From positions 1 through 58,512 of the forward strand of contig JARQWU010000007.1 of assembly GCA_040182905.1 (NCBI GenBank): a DNA stretch of 58,512 nt, in the 5' to 3' direction. The position numbers and the translations under genes are program-made. Positions 51,297 to 58,512 of the stretch are shown here, piece after piece (the first letter of the stretch is position 1; each line of letters opens with the position of its first letter). The notes beneath the pieces are model-generated. The model searched no databases, was not told the DNA's origin, and was given only the letters and a program-made list of their open reading frames with translations. This DNA comes from Barthelona sp. PAP020. Its lineage: Eukaryota.

Positions 51297-54200
51297 TCAA
51301 TTCTCTTTATCCAATTCACTATCAATCAATTTTGATTGATTTTGGGCTTCATTCAAAGCCAAACGTATATCTTGAATTGTTTTTTGATTAAAATGTGTTG
51401 CGATACTCAACAGATACTCGTTACAGATATCAAAACCATGAAAATGCTGTAAAACAAGCCCAACATTAATCAACACCTGATTTATTTGCAAATTGTAGTT
51501 GAGATCTTTCAGAATTGTTGAACTGTTTGTACAAAGAATGATGAAATTCTCAATTTGCTCAAACATTTCAGCATCATCCAAAAATTGTTTATTTTCTATG
51601 CAGAACAACAATATTGTTTTGTTGAAATCAAATAAAGAGGGAATAACTGTTTTTTGTACGGAAAATTCAAACATTAAAAGTTTTTCAAAAAATTGCAAAC
51701 AAAAACGATTAACAAGTTTCAAATTTTTTGGAATTTCCTTCAAATTTTCAGAATTTCCAATTCTTGGTAATAATTTCATTGTGGCCTTGATAATGTTATC
51801 AATAAAGGATTTGACATCTGAATTAGCATCTAAAAAGTGTAAAAAGAAATCTTCACAAATTAGTGGAATCAAAAAAGCTTCATTTGCTAATAACAAGGAT
51901 AAAAGTCCATTATAAACAAATTCAGTATCAATAGAAACACGAAATTGTTGATTTTGAATAAAAAGTAATTGATTCAACATATTTTCGAAGAACACAATAA
52001 GTAAATTTCCAAATAGTTCAATGTTCTCTGAATTATTCAAACCAAAGAGAACAACAACATCACAGAGATTGTTATATATTTGCAAAGAATGATTTTGATT
52101 CGTCTTCAGTAGTTCTATAGCGCCTAACAAAAAATTTTGGAAGCATTCGGTTGAAGAAATATGTGGATTCAAAATATAAGTTTGGAGATCATCCAGATTC
52201 GAATATTCAATCATTGTAGGAGGGGCAGGTGAAGAAAAGCGTTTTATAAAGCGATTAAAAATCGAGTTTGAATTTGAGTTTCTTTGTTGAAGGTTTTTAT
52301 CACGCTCTTCAACATCTAAGAAGATAATCTGCTTATTAACCAATTCCAACAGCAAAATGATGATATTCAACCAAGATTCATTCACCAAATTTGAATTTAC
52401 AATCTTGGAAAAGTATATACAAAATTGAGGAAACACTTTTTCCTTTTTCTTTAACGAATCAACGGAAGAGTCAAGCATATTTAATGTTGATTGTTCAGGT
52501 AAAACAGATGAAAGAGATAATTCCTTCAAAGTGTGCTCACATAATAAAACAACAATGCGATCTGTGAAATACTGCAATTTTTTCTGAATATTTTGAATAT
52601 TTTGAATGTTTTGAATGTTTTGATTGTTTTGTGGAGTTTGATTATTTGCAAAGTCCAACAAAAAGTTTAATGCCGTAAATCCACCCGTAGCAACTGAACT
52701 TTCAGAAGTAACAATAACATCAATTATTCCATTCAACAAAACATACCTTGCCTCTTCTATTTTACTGGGGATTAATAATACAGGTGAGAAAATTGCTTCG
52801 AAAAAATGAGCGAATGGCGTTTCACTTGGTTTTGTGTTTCCAACTGATGGTATTTTGCCACTGCAAATCAGATCATAGAATCCACCCAAATAAGCATCAA
52901 TTTCTTCTTTGCTTAATGTTTTTTCCACACCTGTTAATTCAGTGACATCGCAATATATATCTTTAGGCATTGGTTGTATCTTGGACTTTATAGAACCATG
53001 TAATGTAGGATGTAAAAACATGAAAGAACCCAGCAATGCAAAGACATCTTCGGAATTTTTCAAGAAATGATTGTCTGCATATTGTGGTGATTCAATCAAT
53101 ATTGAACTATACTCCATCAAAACGTTTTCCATTGCAACAGCATCTACAGGAAAAATGAATTGGGAGATTAGAAAGAGGAAATCTTTCCACAAATTTCCTG
53201 AAAATTCAAACTTTTGGAAATATTTTGAGCGATTTTTGATAAAATGTTCTTCTTTATTCTTGGTTAATATCTTACCTATTAGATTTTTGTCGAATGGAAA
53301 ATAAAAAAGCATGAACGCGCTAGCATTTTCCTCAGAAATACCTAGAAAATTGAATAAACGATCAAACAAACGTGTATGATTGAAAAGCTCATTAAAATAA
53401 AAATCTGTACTATTTTTCAAATTGATTTGTTGAATTAACGAAAAAACTCTTGTTTTAATATCAATAACATATTCATTAGCCTCAAATATTTGCCCTTTTC
53501 TTAAAATTTCAAGAACTTTCTCAAAAAGTTCAACATTTTTTACAATTATTGGCAAAATATGGTGTAAAATGCCTTTTACATTCAAAGAACACTCTGTCTT
53601 CAGAACAAATTCTAAGAATAATGTGTCGTTAACTTCTACAAGATAATTAAAAATTTCAATCAAATTCTTTTGATCCAAATCATTTTTATAGTAATCAAAA
53701 AGTATAGCAAAAAAAGTTTCAACCATTCTAGCATTTGATTTAATTGTCAGACAGTCAATCATCCCAATAAATAATCTGAAGGAAACAGAATCAACAGTTG
53801 TAAATGGAAGCACATTTGCTAAAACCATTATAAGATTTGCAATCATTATATCGGAAACATCATCCAATAGTCCATCACTTAATTGATCTAATAAACAACT
53901 AACAGACTCAATAAGTAGCAACTGATAAAACACTTCAATATTTCCATTGTTCAATATTTGATTCACAAAAGTTTGAAAATATTTATAAATCTCATTAAAA
54001 TCTTTGAAACTATGTGTCAAAATCAAAATGATTTGAAATAAATCTATCAAAGCAGGGGTTTTAAAAGCACAACAATGCTTACAGAAAGGTATTAAACAAT
54101 CAAGCAATGAACTTTCATCTATATCAGGACTCTTAATTGAAATGATTTTTTTCGTTAATTCAACAACATTATTTATGTGGTAAGTTAAAGCAGATGACTC

Positions 54201-54479
54201 AAAAATTACATCTACTTCTTCAAAAGTTATATTTGAAAAAGATTTAAAGATATTAATCAATTTATCAATATCATTTTCCTTTAAATATGTACGTTTCAAT
54301 GAAAATATTGATTGAATAGTAATATTCATCGGATATTTTGAATTGCTTATTATATCTAAGAGATAATTAAAAGGTTGATTACTATCAATGGAAATTTCAT
54401 GACAATTTTCTTCCCGTTGTTCAATATTAGTTTCCTTGGAATATTTTTTTATGAATTCTACATCTCTTGACAAACTCAT
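51297..54479 (-). CDS. Large hypothetical alpha-helical (HEAT/ARM-like) protein
   Basis: 1060-aa ORF, L/I/F-rich helical pattern with an internal QNI repeat. Family not recognised. Confidence 0.75.
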   Translation of the reverse strand: MSLSRDVEFIKKYSKETNIEQREENCHEISIDSNQPFNYLLDIISNSKYPMNITIQSIFSLKRTYLKENDIDKLINIFKSFSNITFEEVDVIFESSALTYHINNVVELTKKIISIKSPDIDESSLLDCLIPFCKHCCAFKTPALIDLFQIILILTHSFKDFNEIYKYFQTFVNQILNNGNIEVFYQLLLIESVSCLLDQLSDGLLDDVSDIMIANLIMVLANVLPFTTVDSVSFRLFIGMIDCLTIKSNARMVETFFAILFDYYKNDLDQKNLIEIFNYLVEVNDTLFLEFVLKTECSLNVKGILHHILPIIVKNVELFEKVLEILRKGQIFEANEYVIDIKTRVFSLIQQINLKNSTDFYFNELFNHTRLFDRLFNFLGISEENASAFMLFYFPFDKNLIGKILTKNKEEHFIKNRSKYFQKFEFSGNLWKDFLFLISQFIFPVDAVAMENVLMEYSSILIESPQYADNHFLKNSEDVFALLGSFMFLHPTLHGSIKSKIQPMPKDIYCDVTELTGVEKTLSKEEIDAYLGGFYDLICSGKIPSVGNTKPSETPFAHFFEAIFSPVLLIPSKIEEARYVLLNGIIDVIVTSESSVATGGFTALNFLLDFANNQTPQNNQNIQNIQNIQNIQKKLQYFTDRIVVLLCEHTLKELSLSSVLPEQSTLNMLDSSVDSLKKKEKVFPQFCIYFSKIVNSNLVNESWLNIIILLLELVNKQIIFLDVEERDKNLQQRNSNSNSIFNRFIKRFSSPAPPTMIEYSNLDDLQTYILNPHISSTECFQNFLLGAIELLKTNQNHSLQIYNNLCDVVVLFGLNNSENIELFGNLLIVFFENMLNQLLFIQNQQFRVSIDTEFVYNGLLSLLLANEAFLIPLICEDFFLHFLDANSDVKSFIDNIIKATMKLLPRIGNSENLKEIPKNLKLVNRFCLQFFEKLLMFEFSVQKTVIPSLFDFNKTILLFCIENKQFLDDAEMFEQIENFIILCTNSSTILKDLNYNLQINQVLINVGLVLQHFHGFDICNEYLLSIATHFNQKTIQDIRLALNEAQNQSKLIDSELDKEN

Positions 54480-54817
54480 TTTCTATTCCTCATTTGATTA
54501 AAAAAAAAAAAAAAATTTGGTTCTTTTGTCATATGAAAATGGATTCAATTTTATTTTCTTTGAAAAAAATCATTTCTCTGATATTCTTATATTATGATTA
54601 TCATAAAAAATTATCATGAAAAGAAAGAAGAAATGTTTTGTCAAAACATTGTTATATTTGCTCTTTGAAATTGCTTAATCTTCTTGTATTTCTTTGAATG
54701 TAAATTCAATATTAATTTTTATTACAATTTTTGATAACAATAATGAAAAAATGAAAGAAATTGAATTTCAACCTTTTCATTTTTTTTAACAATTTTTTCA
54801 AAGTAATAATTAGAATT

Positions 54818-57583
54818 ATGTTTGATAGAATATATCGATTATATTTTGATGAACATTTAAGTGCTTTAAAAGAAGAAAAGTTTCAAATTATTGAAGAATG
54901 TATTCAAAAAAGACCTGAAGGATTTTATTATTGTGAAATTGGTGATATATCTTTTCTAATTGAATTATCTTATGATTTATATCTTCAAAATGATGACTAC
55001 AAACAAGAATATTTTGAACAAATTTTGAAATTAATTCGGCACTTATCTTTACCATTTCAACGTTATAAAACGTCTGATTCTTCTGTATATCGAAATGATG
55101 TTATTTTATTGTTTGAAACGTTGGGGCGAATTATTTTAGATTATCAAAATGCTCAAATAATAGAAACGATTTTATTAATGGTGGAAAAGTTCATTAAAAC
55201 GACAAATGATGAAGAAGAAAAAGGTGAAGTAGAAATTATCACTTTAATAGGAAAGTTTGATACTACTTCTTTGGAGTATATTCATGCCTCTGTACTTTTA
55301 GAAGGATTTATTGATATATTAGTTGAAGGTGTAAAGAAGAAGTTTTCTTTGAAAGAGATTAGTTTGTGTGTATGTATATTTAAGAAATTATGTATTTATA
55401 GCAATTTTGCTGAAAAATTTTTGAAGATTCTTGATGTTTTTGGTTTGATGATGGTTGAATCATTGCCAAAAGATAAGGATCATGCTTTTTTTGAAACAAA
55501 TTTATCCTCTTTGGTTCAAATTTTAGATATTATATGTGAAATTGGTTATGAAGATGTTGTTCCTAAGTTTTCAAAAAGTTTTGAAGAAAATTTAGATCAA
55601 TTGTGTTTGGTAACTTTTGATAATCAAATCTTTTATCGTTTACATGATAAAAAATGGAGAAATAACTATTATGTGTTCTTAATTCGAATTCTTAAACTTT
55701 TTAGCAAAAATAGAATGTTATCTACATTTAATATGAATCAAATGTATGGTAGCTTATTACCTTTTTTGATTGAAGTTGAAAATTGTAGAGATATTGATGA
55801 AGATACATTTCAATTACGATATTTTATTTTAGAAGTGATAAAGATTTTACTAGAGAATTCCTTTGCTAGAAAAGTATTTTTAAGTCAAGGATTGATCTCC
55901 TTTTTATTGGATTATTTGGATAATAATACCGCCAAAAATTCAAAATGGTCTGAAAAATATTTGATTCATTTGAGATTACAAGTTATTTCAGTATTATATC
56001 AAATTGTTACTTTAGAACCTGAATCCATTCATTTAACTCAAAGATTTGTTGTTATCATTTTGGACGCATTAAATCTAAAAGGTTTTGAACATTTACAAAC
56101 TCATTTGATAACATTAATTTCTAATATGTGTCATTCACCTTCCTTTTGTTTAGAATTAATTCGTTCTGATGCTGTATCTTTATTATTAGATTTATTTCAA
56201 ATTCCTAATGTACCTTTATTGACAAAACGAGATGCTATTCAAGCCTTAGCAGAACTGATGAAATCTACTGAAGATGTTAAAATTTCTGCAAGCAAACAAC
56301 TGTATGAATTGAATGCAATTCTTGTTCTCTTACCTTATGTCATGTATTCCCCAAAGGATAAATATCTATTATCAAGTCTCATTGTCGATTTATTAGGTCA
56401 CATTGTTATGTATGATGAATTAGCTTTAAATCTATTTTTTAAATCTGAAGGTATTAATTATTTCAATCAAATCTTGTTATCTGATGCCAGTAAATCTTTC
56501 AAAGGACAAATATTAAGCATAGTTTTGAATATCATTGAAAAATATCCAAAAGAAACCAAATCTTTCTTTTTACAAGAAGCATTAAAGAGCGATAAGTCTA
56601 ACTTGTTTAAAGTTTTGATTAAATTATATGAAAAAGAACAAAATCTTGCTAATTTTTCGTCCAAAACTTTTGAAACTTTCGACTCAACTTATAAAAACAT
56701 GGATATCGAACAACTTTTTGCATTGTATGATTCTACAAAAAAAATCAGTTTATTGGAGACTTCAAGCAATTTTTTGAAATGTAAGATTTATCTCATCTTC
56801 AAATTATTTGATTTCTTACCACCTACGCCTTTAGAATTATTTGAAAATGTTAAGCTGATTGAAATCCAAGCTTTACCAACGATTATTCATACTTTCACTT
56901 TTGAAAACGCTATTGATTCTCATTTAAGTCATTTGGGTTATTCAATGGATGATGAAACTAGACAATATCGTATTGATTTTGAATTAGCACAATGTCAGTT
57001 ATTCGAAATAGGTACGGAAAAGTCAAATCCTATTTATGAAGATTCTGAATCTGATGAAGAAGATTCTGATAAGCCTTTTGTTTCTGTTCAAAAACCAGAT
57101 TCGGTTTCAGTTCAAACGAAAAAACTTATCACCAATCCAAAAAGTGTGAGAGTTTCCCCACTACCACTTGCAAATATGGAGATTTTTGGTGCTTTTGCTG
57201 AAGATTTAAGAAAGTTAAGAAATGACAATCTTTTAACAATTATGAAATTAAACAGTGAGAAAAACGCTCTTCTTGCAGATCAAATGGCTGCTGTAAGGAA
57301 CTTTGAAAACAAATTTTACAGAAAATTGATGACTGATGAAAATGATGATGCCAACACTCGTTATTCTGTTAGTTTGGAAACTAGTCGTAAGTTAAACACT
57401 GTGAGATATCTTGATGGTATTACTGGAGCTCATGGAGTTCAAGCAGAGGATAAAGAAACTTTAGATGATACTATGGCTCAAACCAAGCCATTTAATGAAG
57501 AAAAATATATTTTTGACTTGTTAGAAGAATCATTGAACATTAATGCAAGAAATGATTCTAGTGCTGTGAAGATTCAAAGATAA
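54818..57583 (+). CDS. CFAP69: Cilia- and flagella-associated protein 69-like (ARM-fold)
   Basis: N-terminal helical segment with GF (RIYRLYFD....L.E.....I.......EGFYY.EI), PF....SD, K.WRN, ED.FQL, W......LRLQ motifs. ATG at 54818. Confidence 0.7.
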   Translation: MFDRIYRLYFDEHLSALKEEKFQIIEECIQKRPEGFYYCEIGDISFLIELSYDLYLQNDDYKQEYFEQILKLIRHLSLPFQRYKTSDSSVYRNDVILLFETLGRIILDYQNAQIIETILLMVEKFIKTTNDEEEKGEVEIITLIGKFDTTSLEYIHASVLLEGFIDILVEGVKKKFSLKEISLCVCIFKKLCIYSNFAEKFLKILDVFGLMMVESLPKDKDHAFFETNLSSLVQILDIICEIGYEDVVPKFSKSFEENLDQLCLVTFDNQIFYRLHDKKWRNNYYVFLIRILKLFSKNRMLSTFNMNQMYGSLLPFLIEVENCRDIDEDTFQLRYFILEVIKILLENSFARKVFLSQGLISFLLDYLDNNTAKNSKWSEKYLIHLRLQVISVLYQIVTLEPESIHLTQRFVVIILDALNLKGFEHLQTHLITLISNMCHSPSFCLELIRSDAVSLLLDLFQIPNVPLLTKRDAIQALAELMKSTEDVKISASKQLYELNAILVLLPYVMYSPKDKYLLSSLIVDLLGHIVMYDELALNLFFKSEGINYFNQILLSDASKSFKGQILSIVLNIIEKYPKETKSFFLQEALKSDKSNLFKVLIKLYEKEQNLANFSSKTFETFDSTYKNMDIEQLFALYDSTKKISLLETSSNFLKCKIYLIFKLFDFLPPTPLELFENVKLIEIQALPTIIHTFTFENAIDSHLSHLGYSMDDETRQYRIDFELAQCQLFEIGTEKSNPIYEDSESDEEDSDKPFVSVQKPDSVSVQTKKLITNPKSVRVSPLPLANMEIFGAFAEDLRKLRNDNLLTIMKLNSEKNALLADQMAAVRNFENKFYRKLMTDENDDANTRYSVSLETSRKLNTVRYLDGITGAHGVQAEDKETLDDTMAQTKPFNEEKYIFDLLEESLNINARNDSSAVKIQR

Positions 57584-57774
57584 TGAATGTTTCTGGTATC
57601 TCTTTGTGACCACTTTTTTCAATCCAAGATCAGAACTTGAGCTGAAGGTCAAAGGTTAAGGCTGTGTATGTGGACTGCATGAAACATTTGTGATAAATTG
57701 TGTAAAGTTAAAGGCTGTGTTCTTTTGTTTGTTTTTCTTTTTCTGTTTTCTGTCGTTGGGAAAAAAAAAATTTC

Positions 57775-58407
57775 GTGATGCATCTTTACACTTACATATA
57801 TTACCACCATTAGCTTCATTGATTTCACTAAATCCCGGCATGTATCAATAATCTTATTGTACTCTGTTATTGTACTCTGCTACATTCATGCAAATACCTA
57901 CAGCTACCAATTGTCTTATGATCGAAAAATTTGAGCTCAGGGGAAAAAGTTTTGTTACAACATTGTCTGCCTCTCTTTACGTTTCAACAAGCACAAATGA
58001 TTTGCAATGTCAAATAACTGAATAATTGGATAAATTTTAATCATATCGTCAACACACTTTCCACAACTTAATTGGTCCCTATCTGGAGATATAGCAAATG
58101 AAAAATTGCTGAAATCACATCCACAAACAACTCTCTGAATTTGTTTGTAGTTGTTTATATTAAACAAAGTAAGACAACCGTCACCAGACATAATTACGAT
58201 GATAGAAGAAGAAAGGAAGTGAAGGGCATACACTGGATTTCCAACTGTAAAAATATGAACTAATGAACCACAACCAAATGCAAAATATTCACCATTCGGT
58301 GAATAAACAAAATCATAGATAGTCTGAGAAACAACCCCTTCAATATTCTTCACTCTTTCTCCATCAATCCTCCATTCAATAGTGTCCATTCCTAAATTTT
58401 TTCCCAA
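57775..58407 (-). pseudogene. Disrupted WD40-repeat gene (same family, copy 2; 5' part unclear or beyond the window)
   Basis: VYALHFLSS..IVIMSGDG...FSFAISPD..QLSCGKC aligns with copy 1. The tail IIRQLVAVGICMN.AEY...IIDTCRDLV.INEANGGN is broken by frameshifts, including a 13-bp duplication at 57854-57879. Confidence 0.8.
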
Positions 58408-58512
58408 GGTTTAAATCAGCAAGAAAAACATAATCAATTATTTCCAAGCCAAGAAGCACTGTGCGTATGAGTGAATAAAAAAGAATAGTGTTTATTTGGT
58501 TAAAGGCTTTCG

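Noticed and set aside
1..58512. Stop-codon reassignment (e.g. TAA/TAG = Gln as in hexamitids and ciliates)
   Set aside because: Conserved genes are uninterrupted under the standard code and end at TAA, TAG or TGA. The broken WD40 loci involve frameshifts, not just in-frame stops.

Overview
This is very AT-rich, gene-dense eukaryotic nuclear DNA using the standard genetic code (TAA, TAG and TGA all terminate genes). It holds about 36 mostly intronless genes with short intergenic spacers. Flagellar and ciliary genes (TMEM107, WDR49-like, DRC2/CCDC65, MYCBPAP, RIIAD1-like, CFAP69, a MORN protein) show the organism is a flagellate. The compact layout and tiny introns with a branch point close to the 3' splice site suggest a metamonad-like protist (inference only). 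Housekeeping genes include eIF6, TRM8, Prp2/DHX16, CHMP2/Vps2, EMC6, an Arf GTPase, a P/U-type cyclin, DYRK1, RNF10, RXT3/HDC1, Pop5/Rpp14, an SLC38 transporter, a plant-type glucosylceramide synthase and a secreted beta-amylase. The main points of interest are: (1) a very divergent Sam50/Omp85-like beta-barrel, a candidate marker of a mitochondrion-related organelle; (2) a bacterial-type MASE3-like membrane sensor plus PAS-like protein with no output domain; (3) two 35-40 nt introns missed by the ORF track that share an unusual GTATTA donor; (4) two decaying paralogues of a WD40 family with a distinctive C-terminal tail; (5) a structured 209-bp tandem duplication; (6) a short candidate box C/D snoRNA; (7) head-to-head genes whose ATGs are only 24-50 bp apart. 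There is a 10-N assembly gap at 18226-18235. No rRNA, tRNA, CRISPR array or transposase was seen. All family calls come from motif recognition by eye, not database searches.
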